DNA of 64,000 nucleotides from the human T2T-CHM13v2.0 reference genome, Homo sapiens (GCF_009914755.1 NC_060928.1), one strand, 5' to 3'. Positions 25,506 to 40,224 are shown, numbered from the stretch's first letter. Numbers and translations: made by a program. The notes: generated by a model from the sequence alone, not told the origin.

Positions 25506-26939
25506 AAAGACTCAATGATCGTGTTTAACTATCAGATTTAAAGCATGCATACCAAAATATTTTATATATTTTTTCACTCTTCTAAGTTATATATAGGTAC
25601 CATATATTATATATAAGATAAAAGTAAATCAAAATAGAAATAAGAATAAAATAACAAATATACAAATGTTATAAATATGGAATATATTCTAAACTCATAA
25701 ATATCTTCTTTTGCACTCTGAATAACAAATTGTAGGCCAGTCCTTGTAGCTAAATTCTTATTTTGAAACATTTAAAGCCATCTTTACACATTTTTTTCTT
25801 TCCCTATGTTTTTCAAGATTAATCTTCTGAAGTGGGAAAACTAGAATTATATCAGGGACTCCCCAGGGTAAAATTTGATTCTCAAATCTTTATTCTTTTT
25901 CCCCTGAAATATAAAACATGACATTATATACAAAAGGAGTCTTGCTTTCAAATCAGGATTTTTGCATTAGACTATTTAATATATCCAACATTTATTCTGC
26001 TTATTGAAACTACATGTATATGATATACCTAGGTAAATATTACAGAAGGGACTTCTTATTTTCTCTTTACAGTCAAGTGTAATATGATTAGACACAAAGT
26101 TGATATTTCTCCAGCTAGATTACTTGATGTCAGGTATTTTGAGGTCTCATGTTTCAGGTAGGGGAAAAAAATATGAAGAAACCAGGTTTTGCCGAAGGTC
26201 ACCCTTAGAATCAGCGAGAAAATCAAGATGTATGAGTTACTAGTCTGTATTTTACCAGAATTTGTTTTAGATAATTTCATCAAAACACTATCTAATCTAT
26301 CTGAAGATAGTAAATTTCAAGAAGTAAATTAATGTATTAATGACTGTTCTGAAAATATATGTATTTTTTAACTTGTAAAATGTGTTAGAGAAAAAAATGA
26401 GACACTTAAGAGATCCTCCCAGGTATCCTCCGAGTGGGGATAAAACGTCCACTAGAGGGCATTTCTCCCTGGACGCTCTGTTGTCAAGGCTGTAAGCTCA
26501 TTCCCCAAAATGCTATGAACTCATTTTATCAAATTGGGAGTAACTAACTAACTAAAAAAATTGAATGTGAAGTATTCTGATGCTTCCAGATTCACACAAA
26601 TAAGATCAGAACCACCTTTCCATTTCAAAATTGACAGAATTTGAGAGGCTATCCATTTCTGATAACTCTCCTAGTGTCAAGCATGTTGCATGTGTACTTT
26701 TTTTTAACCACTAAAACAAATTTGAAAGTAAAATGTTATTATACAAATTTAGGGAGAGATGAGAAAACTAGAGTCAACTAATCTATGTGTATTGTGCTCT
26801 TATTGTCATGATTTCTATGTGGTTTCATGCCCAATGACGTCTTTGTATAAAAAATATACAGATAGATATAACTATGCTTATTTTTCTTATGTGTGTTATG
26901 CGCTGTTTAGTTGTATATGTTTCAGCTGTATGTTCTAAT

Positions 26940-27388
26940 ATCCATATACATACTGAAATGATTACCACAGTGAATCATGCTAACGTATCCATCTGTTTAC
27001 ATAGTTACTCTTCTCTTTTTGTGTGTATGTGTGATATAAGTGTCTGAAATCTACTGTTAGTAAATTTCTAACATGCAATACAATATTATTAACTATAATT
27101 CTTCTGCTATGCTTTAGACCTCTAGACTTATTCACCCTACATAAGTGCAAGTTTGTATCCTCAGACCTACCACTCCTCATTTCCCCTGCTCCCCATCCGT
27201 GGCTGGTAACCACCATTCTACTATCTGCCTGTATGAATTTGATTTTGTTATATTCCACTTGTAAGTGAGATCATACAGCACTTATTCTGTGACTATATTA
27301 TTTCAGTTAGCTTGATTCCCTCAAGGTTCATCATGTGGTCACATATTCTATAATGTTCGGCTTTTATATGGCAGAATAACATTCCATT
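26940..27388 (-). mobile_element. L1MA-type 3' UTR fragment
   Basis: tgaaatgattaccacag...ggtaaccaccattctactatctg...ttccacttgtaagtgagatcatacag...ggcagaataacattcc. Confidence 0.85.
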
Positions 27389-27399
27389 CCATGGCCGTT

Positions 27400-27705
27400 G
27401 CATAGTTTTCGGTAATTGTCTAGCCATCTTAGGTATTCCTGGTTGTTTAGAAGCATCATTCTTATTTCTGCCTTTATCTTCATATGGTGTTCTGTGTGTA
27501 TGTGTGTGTACCTTCATGTCCAAATTTCCTTTTTACATGAGAATACCAGTCACAGTAGATTAGGGTCCCATTGTACTCTAGAATGGCCTCTTCTTAACCT
27601 ACCTAATTATATCTTCAGTGACCTTACTTCCTAATTAAGGCACATTTTGAAGTATTAGGGGCCTTCAACATAGGGCTTTCTAGGGAAACATTTCAACCTA
27701 CAATA
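27400..27705 (-). mobile_element. MaLR LTR fragment, MLT1B/C/D-like
   Basis: gccatcttaggtattcctggttgtttagaagcatc...atgtccaaatttcctttttacatgagaataccagtcac. Confidence 0.75.
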
Positions 27706-30700
27706 GTCACTTTATGTTTTACTCTATGATTGGCACTAGACTGGGTCCTCCAATAAATAGATGAGCCATTCTTGCTCCTTGCTCTTTAGAATACTACGTG
27801 GAGTCCAAGAAGAACAGAGAGTGATTAATTGGGAAGATGTTGCTTCAGACAAAAAAAAAAAAAAAAAAAAAGGAAAAATGGCTTTAGATTGGAGAGTGAC
27901 CTAATTTAAAACCGGTTCTGAGAAAAAACTTCATGTGACCTTGAACAATTTATTTTACCATTTTTTTGTTTCTTCACATAGAAGATAAAATAGAAGATAA
28001 AATTATTGAATTGGATCTGTCACTGCCCAGCAATAATGCACATTAGACATGGATTTTGTAGAAACACTATAGTAGATGATGCCTAAACCATCTTTCAATT
28101 CTAAGAGGTTGTCACATGCATCTGGAAGAGCCTGAGAATGCTTTTGAGTTATACGTTGAGCTTGACACCAAATACTGACCAACTTGGTAACATCCCCTCT
28201 TTCCTTACCTCCATTCCTTTTCAATACATATGTTTCTATGATATATTGTATGTTTTTATGATATAATTGCTAGGCCTCAAAATTTTGAATCCTACTCTAA
28301 GACATGTGAGGTGTGACTGATGCTTAGAAAATTATGCTGATAAATTATAAAAACATCATAAAACCAGGATTTATTATTGTTTTTTATTCTAGGACTATTT
28401 CATTCTAAAATTATTGTTCTTTCCTCTACTATATGATCAAGTCTCTATAGCTTTTGAAAAATTCAACCTCTCTAAATATTTTTCAATTGGATTTGGAGTG
28501 TTTTAAATGTTACTTGAGCTTCATTTTTAATTTTTTAATTTTTAAAAATGTTTTCTAACGGGCATGAAGCATAATAAGATTTTTATATTCTTTATTCCTT
28601 CCTTGTGCAGCTAGGACAGGACAGTTTTCTATATTTTTGGGAGAAAGAACAATTAGATAGATTGTCATCATAAACTCTTGTTGTCAAAGGACAGTTTAAT
28701 TCCATTGTCAAGTGCTGATGTCTTTGGTGCTAACTGCTGAGCGTTAAGAAGTTCTGTTCTCACTGCCAGAGGCTTACTCATGTTAAATTCTTGTCAGCCT
28801 CCCTAATCATAAGCTGCTTAAATGAGGAAAAAAAACAGTAACAGTGCTTCCAAATCTGAACGAAGTATGCTATATAAAGTTGGTGGACATGGTAACAAGA
28901 CTTGCCAAAGAAATATTCTAGCCAGCAGTGATACGGCATCCTGAGTAACGAGCTTAAGCAATTGCCTAGACCTTGGTGTGTCATCCTAAAAGTAAAATGG
29001 AAACATATACCTAAAGAAACAAAGAAATAACAACATTTAAATTATTGAAACGAGCAATAGATAAAGTGATATATTTGGATCTTCTACCCTGAAATAAGCC
29101 CCTCTCTGCCCTGGTGTCATTTCAGGCCAACGAGCTATACCTAGTGATTCCAAAGTCCACATATATTTACTCTGTTCTCACTGTACAAAGTAACCACTCT
29201 GAAGTCAAGTAAGTCATTGTCGATAGATAGTACTAATTACATTAGGTTTTATATATGTGTGTCTGAACATACTATATAACAAACATATACAGTACACAAT
29301 TTTGCCTTTTATATACTTGCATGTGTGCATATATATGTACATATGCAATCATGCATAGTTAATGGCACATGTATACACTTGTGAAATAGAATACCTACCA
29401 ATTGCTAATGAAGGGATTTCTCTGATACCAATTCAACTTGTATGGGGAAAGCTACTTACCTGCTTTATTTCTCAATTTTCTCATCTATGACACAACGTAA
29501 GCAGGTGCACGTTATGTGTGTTGTCTCCTAGCTCTTAAATCAGAAATCAATTTTATAACATGAATTGCACTTATCCAATAGGAGAAACACTTTCTAGCTT
29601 CAGAGTATAATTGGTATAGTTTTACATTGCAAGTAACAGAAGCCCCATGGAGCCAAATTGATCAAAATACGGTATTTCAGAAGGATGAGGTGGATCTTAC
29701 CTCAGGCATAGATGCGTACATAGATTCCAATGAAAATAATGTGGCACTGTCTTCTTGTAGCTCTGCCTTTTCTTCTGTGCTGGGCTCTTATTTACCTGCT
29801 ACAGGCTGATATTCTCCGTATGGTTGAGTATACGTCCAAGCACTGCGAAGCTTCACCTCTACCTGGCCTCCAACACACCAAAGAGGCTTTTAGAACTGCC
29901 GTTAGAACAGTCCTGGGAGAGCTTGGATTTCTGAGTTGAGACAAGTGTAAACCCTTAAAGCAATCAGTCAAGCTGTGTGAACAATTTTCCATGATACTCT
30001 GGACTAGGATGACCCATCCAAGAATTGGCAGGAAACCAGCTGGACCAGCCATCCTTACACAGATTTATTTCCCCATATTTCAAGGAAGTGAGCCATTTTG
30101 CTTGATCCAGCACATACTTATCTACAGTGCTTAAAACTAAGAACTCAGATACAGTGTCTTAAAGGCTTATTTCCTCTTACTCTTCAACATGAGCCTCTGC
30201 TTACCATTGTCAATCACTATGAATTTTCTTGTGTTTCATATTTTCTTGACTCTGGCTTATCTTGATAATTTCCTCCTCTTCCTAAAGCCCTTAGCATGCC
30301 TATCTTGTATACTTTGCCACCCACAACTCCAGATTTTCTCTACAAAACGTTGAAACAAATAAATACACATAGAAACAAAACAAAAATAATAACTTAGCAC
30401 ACCTCTCTAGTAAATATTGTTTTCCTCAATGCTGGTGTCGAGAAATATTTTCTAAACTCCCACAGTGCCCTAGATTTTTCTCTGTTATTGCACTTACTAC
30501 AAGATACAGTGCTTTTTCTTTCCTACTACCAGACTCTTGCATAAATAAGGCATGTTTTGATTTAAAGAGACATAAACACAAATTGAAATATTTAAAAAGA
30601 AAAAAAACTGGAAGGATCCCAGTACTTCCATAACTACCAGAGAGTTGTCTTCATATTTCTTGTATTTGCTGACTTTGAATGTCCATTTTATGCTCTCCTT

Positions 30701-31011
30701 TTCCAGAAAAGCTGGGATACATGAAGACTGCCATCCCTTGAGTCACTTGCCCTGTAGCTGCCACTGTTGGAAAAGGGCTTGCTTCTGTGTCCTTGTGCCC
30801 ACTTTGAAAATCCCTGGGAAGTCCTTGGAGTCAGATGAGCAGGCCTCCGCCACTCTGCCAAAAAGTCTGTTCAGTGAGTTTAGAATCATATAGAAAAGAC
30901 ATGGATGTGGGGGATCCTGTGCCATGTATTTGAAACAGTAGCTGCCATATAATATGCTTTCGGTATATGAATGAATTCAAAAGGATATTATCATGCTCAT
31001 ACCTTCTAGAT

Positions 31012-31351
31012 CAGGAGTCCCCAACCCCTGAGCCATGGACTGATATGGAGCTATGGTCTGTTAGGAACTGGGCTGCCCAGGAGGAGGTAAGTGGCAGGCA
31101 GGCAGAGCATTACCACCTGAGCTCCGCCTCCCATCACATCAATGGCAGCAGGGCACTAGATTCTCATAGGAGTGTGAACCCCACTGTGCATGTGAGGGAT
31201 AGAAGCTGCACACTCCTTATGAGAATCTAATGTCTGACGAGCTGAGGTGGAACAGTTTAATCCCAAAACCATCCTCCTGCACCCACAAGTCTGTGGAAAG
31301 ATTGTCTTCCATGAAACTGGTCCCTGGTGCCAAAAAGATTGGGGTCCACTG
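31012..31351 (+). mobile_element. MER1B hAT-Charlie MITE, full length, 8-bp TSD
   Basis: TIR ends caggagtccccaacc...attggggtccactg; flanks ttctagat (31004-31011) and ttctagaa (31352-31359) fit the hAT NTCTAGAN target preference. Confidence 0.9.
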
Positions 31352-32849
31352 TTCTAGAACTTAAACGGTGAAAAAGTTTCAATTGTAGACTCATATAAGT
31401 TGCCAGTTGGTGTAAAGCACTGGCTTTTCTCCCTTTTGGAGAATGCTTAGGAATAATTGACTTTTTCAGATTTCAGTTTTCTGCACTTTTCATCTGTGTA
31501 AAAGGGTATTTATGATAAGGATATGTGCGCTAAAGGCCCAGATTCCAGATTAATAGCACAAAGCTTTCTTGTGAGTTAATACTATAATTATACTTTTTTC
31601 CCTTAAGGCTGTATTTTTTTTCTGATTTTCTGATATTTTTCTCCATAGCCAAAATGGTGTTTAAGAAATTAAAGGCCAGCTTGAATGTGGAAGCTCAACT
31701 ATAACTACAGGGCAAAAAACTAAATCTTGTCATAATATTCATGAGTGGTTATTAATAATGAGGACTTGCAACACTTTTATCTTGGCCATGGAATTAAAAT
31801 ATACAGATTACTTTCCATTAACATTAAGATACCATGAATAAAAGACCAAGTTTGTAATAATTAGAGTAGGTTTCAGAATTTTGCCCTGCACTCAACTCGT
31901 TACTTTTTTTAATTTTATTTTTAATTGTTGCAACCTCTGTGCCTCCATTTCTAATTTATTTATACAACGACGATTTTAATGCTTTTCTGACAAAAAAGTC
32001 AAAGGGGTAATGTGAAAGCAAATACATTTTCTTGTTTTAATGCATAGATAAACATAGTGCCAGTTCTCCTGTGTTAACTTTTTTTTTTTCCCCATCTTCA
32101 AGCAATGGTGCTTCTACAATTTCCTTATAGGAGGAGTGAAGAGTAAGCATTTGGATTGGACCAGGATTTGGAGAACTTGTCATGTTGCTCTACGTGCATA
32201 TGAAATACATCATTGTAACTTAGAATGTGAATTACAGAACAAACATGAAAGTTAGAAAAATATTCTAAACATATTTTTATGATCTCTACTTGCAATAAGG
32301 AAACTGTTAGGCTTTTCCATCAAAGAATAAGTGCAACAAAAACAAAAATTTCTGGATGGAAAAAAGGAGATTTGAGGGGCAAGGCTAAAGCCCCCCAAAC
32401 CTTCCTCAGGATGAACACAAACCCCATCTTTATTTTCCTGTTGCCACTGTTCCATGTTGCTGGGCTCTATTCCAGCAAAATTTTGGAAAGCGTTGCTACA
32501 GTTCTGCTCATTTCTTTCTCACTTCAGAACAATGATGCCCTTTCCAGATAAAGCATCTTAATTAAACAGATGACATTTGAACTAGACCTTGAAGAACAGG
32601 TCAGAGTTATATTGGGAAAGAAGTAGGAGAGGAACACCCAGAAAATAACATTTATGAACATAAAGGCACAGAATATAAATGTCTCTGACAAAGACAGAAA
32701 TCAAGGGTAAATTTTAGTGTGGCATAGATTAATTCACTAACTCAATATATATATATTTACATAGAGAGCATGGATAGATACTAGAAATAAAACAATGGAT
32801 TAGACATGGGCAACCTCATGATGTTTAGCAAATATTGTGTTCTTTAAGG

Positions 32850-33382
32850 CAGCAGTTCCCAACCTTTTTGGTACTAGGGACCGGTTACGTGGAAGACAAT
32901 TTTTCCACAGACTGGGATGGGGGGACTGTTTTCAAGACAATTCAAGCACGTTACATTTATGGTGCACTTTATTTCTATTATTACTGCATTGTAATACATA
33001 ATGAAATAAGTACACAACTCACCATAATGTGGCATCATTGGAAGCCCTGAGCGTGCTTTCCTGCAACTAGACAGTTCCCTCTGGGGCCAATGGGAAACAA
33101 TGACAGATCATCAGGCATTAGATTCTCATGAGGAGCCCGCAACCTACATCCCTCACATGCACAGTCCACAATAGGATTCATGCGCCTATGAGAATCTAGT
33201 GTCATGGCTGGCAGATATAACAGAAGATGGAGTTCAGGCGATAATGTGAGTAAGAGGGAGCGGCCAGAAATACAGATGAAACTTCACTCACTCACTTGCC
33301 ACTCACCTCCTGGTCTGCGTCCTGGTTCCTAACGGGCCATGGATAGTTACAAGTCTGTGGCCCAGGGGGTTGAAGACCCCTG
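32850..33382 (-). mobile_element. MER1A hAT-Charlie MITE, full length
   Basis: cagcagttcccaacctttttggtactagggaccgg...gcattagattctcatgaggagc...gggggttgaagacccctg; 533 bp. Confidence 0.9.
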
Positions 33383-33499
33383 CCCTAGAGTACATATGCA
33401 GTGGATGTTGAGAAACAGATTAATTCATTAATGCAGAGTCTTCATATTCCAAACAAAAGATTTGAGGGTTTTATCTGTTATAACAACACTTGTGTTTCA

Positions 33500-33705
33500 C
33501 TAATTATGTCAGGCACGACTCTAATAACTTCAAATTTATTCACTCACCTATTATTAGAACAACATTATGATATAGGAATACACTTGATATGTCCATTATA
33601 CTGATGAGGAGATTCAGACATAGAGTAGTTATTTAACTTGGGTAAGGTCTTCAGAGCTAATAAGAGGAAGAACCAGGACTTGAGCATGGGTAGGGTGGCT
33701 TCAGA
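33500..33705 (-). mobile_element. MIR SINE
   Basis: tatgtcaggcacgactc...ccattatactgatgaggagattcagacatagagtagttatttaacttgggtaaggtc. Confidence 0.65.
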
Positions 33706-34310
33706 GTGGTAGTCTGGCTGTTTGTTTGTAATCACCAAAATGAAGCTACAGTGATGTTTCAGTTTACATAACAGAGTCCTGAGGCTTAAAGATGCCAGGA
33801 AATTAATTTAAAGATATTGTAGTACGTATCCCTGTCCAGACTAGAACTCCAGTCCAGGAGAACGCCAGTGCTCCTTCTGTTTCACATAGAGAACACATCA
33901 GTACTGTGACACACAGAAAGGTTTTAGTGGGATGCTTGGTTAAGAGAAATACGTTTACAACAAAAGAGGTGATACTGTTGCTTGTCTTAGAAAAATATGG
34001 GAGACCTCAATCAGCTGAAGTTCAACATGTTCAAAGGTGGACAAAGTTTCTCGTTGCTCTAAGTAAGTTTAAAATTGAGCCAAAAAGGTCTTGATTGATA
34101 AGGGTGGCTGATACATTTTTGAATGTTTTCACTGGCATGATTCACAAAATTGTATAAATTGTATAGTCCCAGGCTATCCCACCATTAACTGCCTCATGGG
34201 GACTGTCTCTAACTTCCCCAGGACTTGATCCATAGGGAAATGCTTGCAAGAATAAAAAGCATTAATGAATTCAGGATTCGTTTCTCACTAAACAGCAGTT
34301 TGGGGTGATG

Positions 34311-34311
<1 letters not shown>

Positions 34312-34341
<30 letters not shown>
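34312..34341. repeat. (CA)n microsatellite
   Basis: cacacaca... about 15 units. Confidence 0.95.
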
Positions 34342-34346
<5 letters not shown>

Positions 34347-36471
34347 GGAACAAGCCAGCCCCATTTTCAGCATTGCCTCATTTAAGCTTGGCACACAAAG
34401 ACAATTGATGCTGACTCAGAGTTATTTCAAGATGGAAAGAGTGTCCTGAATTATCACACCCCACGTAATCCTAGCCACCCTGTATTCCTTCTCCTTACTG
34501 TCCCATAGGTGGGTACATCCATCCCAGATAACAAGGTTTGACTCATTTAAGGCCCTTTTCCTTCTGCACAAGATCCTGAAATTTTCCCTACCGTGTGTGT
34601 TTGATGGTGCAGAAGAAATAATTCTCAAAAATAAACTAGTTTATCATTAGATGGAAGCAAGGTATCACCTTTATTAATGAGAAAGCAGAGTTTGAAGGAC
34701 ATAGTGCATTCCTCATGCAGCTAGACCCTCTGCTATTGGCTCCTGCCTTTAAATTAGAAAGCCTTACTTTTCCATCTGCAGGTATTGCTATCCCTTTACA
34801 AGCCTCTGCTCCCACGGAAAGAAAATTGTGCAACATACGACAAAAAGCAATAGAGGCTTCAGACTCTCCAAAAAGAAAAAGAAATTATGTCAAGAATGTA
34901 GTTTATTATTTCCCAATTGACTCTAAGATTAAATTGACTCTAAGATTAGTCAGTAACTTTTCCATGATGTAATGAGTAATGAGACAGAGAGAAGCAGAGT
35001 GTTCCACTAATTGATCTCAATCCACAAGAAAGGAAAAGTATTTCCTCCTTCCTTCCTCCACATTGTGTTCTCTTAGAACTGTGCTTTACTTGCCCAGGGA
35101 AAAGAACACAAGTTGAGTTTAAGAAGCCAGTTCTTCCCATTCCAAGATGAGGCCCCACATCCAATGCTAACACTACTTCTTGGAGTGAATACACTTTAGA
35201 ACTATCAATGAATGAACTGAGCTGAACTTCCCCAACCCCTGTAGACTCTAAAATGGGTCAGAAGAGCACATTGGTTAAAACAAGTCTAAGGCTGAAAATT
35301 TAATCTCTATTTGATTTTCTGGCTTACATTTTTTTTCTCAGTAACCTTGCCAAAATAGCCTAGTAGGAGATCCATTTTGAACTTGAGTGATAACATAATT
35401 ATACTCGAATCACAAAATGTCAATAATGAGATGACCCACATTTAAATAACATATTTTTTTGCTACTATAACATTACTGGGCCTATATTAAAATAGAAAGA
35501 TTAAATTATTTTGCAACTTACTTAAAGTATAAATATAATGCTTCCAAAGAATTAAGGGCCAAATCATTTTTTTTCCTGATACTTGTGAGGTAAAATTTAA
35601 CAGATTTTAAAGTCCCCACTCATTTAATTTTTTGGCCACTTGGTGTCAGCTGGAAGAGTTCTCAATACATTGGACAAGACAGTGATCTCTAAGCATTTGA
35701 AAATTGAGCTCTTTCTCATTGGAAGGGGTGTATTTTCTTCTTCATGGTCTCAGAGGTTGTATTTGTTTAACACTGAGTCTCTGAAGTTCTTCACTATTTA
35801 AAAAATTCCAAGAAGTTACTGTTAAAGAAAAGATTATCATAGCAATGGCATTTATTCTGAGAACTGGATAAACAGCAATCCATCACGGCTTCTAGAAGAG
35901 TTTTCACAGAGAAAAATATTTTCAACCTGATCATTTGTATTGCCAAAGACTGCGGCAGAAACTTAGTATTGTGCTAAAAGAAGATGGATATCTTGGTGGA
36001 GACCTTGCTGGCATATCATTCAGTTCATGCTATTTTTAAAAAATCTAATAATTGAAATTTTAACTCAGTTGGAAAACTTTCTCACCAAGATATTCATTCT
36101 GGAATTTTTTACTATATCAATAAAATTTACTTATAACTACTGCCTGATAAGTCAGAATGGATTTGCTTGCTTTTCCACTCATAACATTCAAAAGCTCCTG
36201 GCTTCCATGTCTGCTGAATGGGGATTCTACAAAGTAAATGGAGTTCCCCACACTTTCTTATGATAAAGAATTTTTCAGTTCTGAAATACTAAGGCTGCTT
36301 CTCCTTCATTTAATTTATCTTTCAAATTTTTAAGACATATAAAAATATCCCTTCTTTGAGAGGGTTTCCCCTCTTATAAGTAATTAAGAGATACAGAATT
36401 AATTTATCACAAGATAGTGTTGATAGCAGGAGGGTGAGTTAGTTGATACTTGACCCCATGGAAAAGCTGGT

Positions 36472-36825
36472 TGATATGGTTGACTGTGTTCCCACCCAAA
36501 TCTCATCTTGAATTGTATTCCCCATAATTCTCACATATTGAGGGATGGACCTGGTGGGAGGCGACTGGATTATAGGAGCAGTTTCCCCCATGCTGTTCTC
36601 GTGATAGTGAGTTCTCACAAGATCTGATGGTTTAGCTTCCTTCCTTCAATTCTCTCTCTCACCTGCTGCCATATAAGACGTGCCTGCGTCACCTTCAGCC
36701 ATGATAATAAGTTTCCTGAGGCCTCCCCAGCCATGCAGAACTGTAAGTCAATTAAACCTCCTTCCTTTATAAATTACCCAGTCTCGGTGATATTCTTTAT
36801 AGGAGTGTGAGAACAGACTTATACC
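36472..36825 (+). mobile_element. THE1 (THE1C/D-like) MaLR solo LTR with 5-bp TSD
   Basis: tgatatggttgactgtgttcccacccaaatctcatcttgaattg...gagaacagacttatac; TSD ctggt at 36467-36471 and 36826-36830. Confidence 0.92.
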
Positions 36826-39059
36826 CTGGTACTGCCTCTAGACCTGCAATCTCCTTCCTCAACTTGAATCATAACTAAAATTCGGCAGCCAATTTAACCT
36901 TTTCCCTAGGCCTGGTGTTAACAGTTTCAACCTAGAACTACCCTTGTGCACTGTAACACACTCATAATTCACTTTCTTTCAGACTAAGCACAGCACATAT
37001 TCCTCAACCACTGAGGCCTAAAAGTTCTTTAGTGATGATATGTTGTCTCTAATCAAACTCTTGCCTCAGCTGACCCTTTTAACTGATGCCTCTGAGGCCA
37101 CCACTATTTGCATGCTCCCTGTTCTTCATGCACATAAACTAAGCACAGGTCAAGATCACAGTGCTGGGACCTGTACCCACAGGCAGTCTACAAATTTGTT
37201 GGGACTCCAGAAGCCCTCTTCACATTTGTTGGGGTGTCCTTCTATATAAGCTATCACAGAACTCTGGCCAGTGTCACAATAACCTGCAGTAACCTGCCAT
37301 GGTCAAAATAGTCCAAAGATTCAAAGATTCAAAGTCCCTAGACCATGCCACACATTCATAAAGCCAACTCCACAATGAAAAACCAGCTGCACTGTGTAAT
37401 GCAGGTGGCAAGTCACTAAGATTAAAAAAAAAGAGAAAAAAAAAAAAAAACAGCCAGCATGGCCTGTGCTTAGAAAAGCACAGTTTACAAGCATCTGTTC
37501 CAGCTCTGCCAAAAGCCAAAATCATTCCATGCATAACTTGTTTCCAAAATTTTACACCTTGCTCATTTCTCAAGGTGCATAGCCCACGCATCAGAGTTAT
37601 TTGAGAGAAGCTAAATGAATAACATTCCTTTTGCCATGACCTGGATTACAAACTAACTGAAAAATAACGTTTCAAGCAAATAAAAGCCAAAATATACCCA
37701 TTATTAATAATAAGGGTAGATTGGGATACAAAACTTACATTTGTGAGCAATTGGACGTACTAACACTAGCTTCTGAATTAGACACACTTACTGATCCAAC
37801 CATAGATAATTCTGCATGGAAACAGACCTGGTAAAAGTTACAGAATGAAGGAACAACATGTGATAAATGCATCTGCTGTGAGACAAACTTTCAAGGCACA
37901 CGGTTTGCACACAGAAGATCACTCTCTTCTTGGATTGGGAAAGATAGTGTTGGGCTCTCAGAAAAGGCTGGAAGATTCTTGTTGCAGCGGTTTACAAGGT
38001 TTAGTAGGAACATTCTAGATGAGAACATGAGTGGGTGGAGATTCTAGGAATACGTGGCACACTATGTTAAGCAAAGATACATGGTGTTTTTTGAGAAAGA
38101 GTAAGTCATTTATCATTATTAGAGTATAAAGCATAAAGGGAGAGGTGGGAGGCTACATGTTTAAAGAGATTAAAAGGTGCCAACTTATGAAACTCATTTA
38201 GGAGGAAATTAGGTGGTTCCAAAGGTTGTAAGTAGCAGAAATTCATGATCAAACATAGCTTGCTATTTGCCGCTTTTATATACTGTATTTCTGAAAACAT
38301 AAATTATAATGCTTTTAGCACAATTAAAATTATAATAGTAAAAATAACGTTCACTAAGCACTTACTGTATACTATGACCTTTGCTAAAGCCTTTTCATTT
38401 GTTATCTCTTTTAATATCTAAAGCAACCCTGAGGGAGGGAGGAGTGTTGTCCACATGGCAGAGTGGATGATAAATGGTAGGACCACGGTTCAAATGGAAA
38501 GCTCCCCACTCCAAAGCCCAGGCTCTCAACCTTCACTCCCCATGTATTTTTAAATAAAGCTCCCTTATCTTGTCTGAAAGCAGGAAGTTTCACATCACTA
38601 GAGAAGAGAGAAGAAGGACATTTGTACTGGGAGGAGTCGACCGGTCCCAGTAAGGAGAAAGTAGCTACAGCGTCATGGGTGAGCTGGGTCCCCCAAAAAG
38701 GAACTTTAAGGGAATGGACTGAATCAAGTCTGAGATGTCCCCAAAGCAAGACCAAAGAACTGAGGAAGAGAAGCATTCATCAGAAACCAAAATTCAGCTA
38801 CAAGTGAGCATCCAGATGGAGGTATTATGAAGAGGAACTGAGACTGAGGGCAAAAGGTGCCAGCCAGAATCCTGGATAGGAGAGCAAGAACCAGGACCTC
38901 ATTTAAGAGACAACCTGCTTAAGGCAGAGTAAGGTGAGATTGGATTCACGCAAAGACCTGGAATTCAAGTAGGTTAATGAACAGACAGTGTGTGCCTATA
39001 CCACGAATTTACAATAATAATAAGGGTGCTAATAATCACATGGAATTGTAGAGTATAAT

Positions 39060-39620
<561 letters not shown>

Positions 39621-39926
39621 TAGTATACTTAGAATTATTTTAACATTAAAAACTGAAAACTGAAGCTCTGAGAGTCTGTGTGACTTTGAGGATTAAAGAA
39701 CTGAAAAATGGTAGAAGTAGAATTTGAACTAAGAAAGTACGGTTATTGAATGCATGGATTTAATCCCTATTAAATACTTTATCTTCCAAAATCTATGACT
39801 CTTTAGTCTTCTTTGTTAACAAAACCTACTTTACGAAATACAGAACTCTCAGTTGTATATATCAAATAATATTTGTCTGTAGCTGAATTCTGTGAACGTA
39901 TCCAGTCATCCATTCCATAGTTGTAA

Positions 39927-40224
<298 letters not shown>

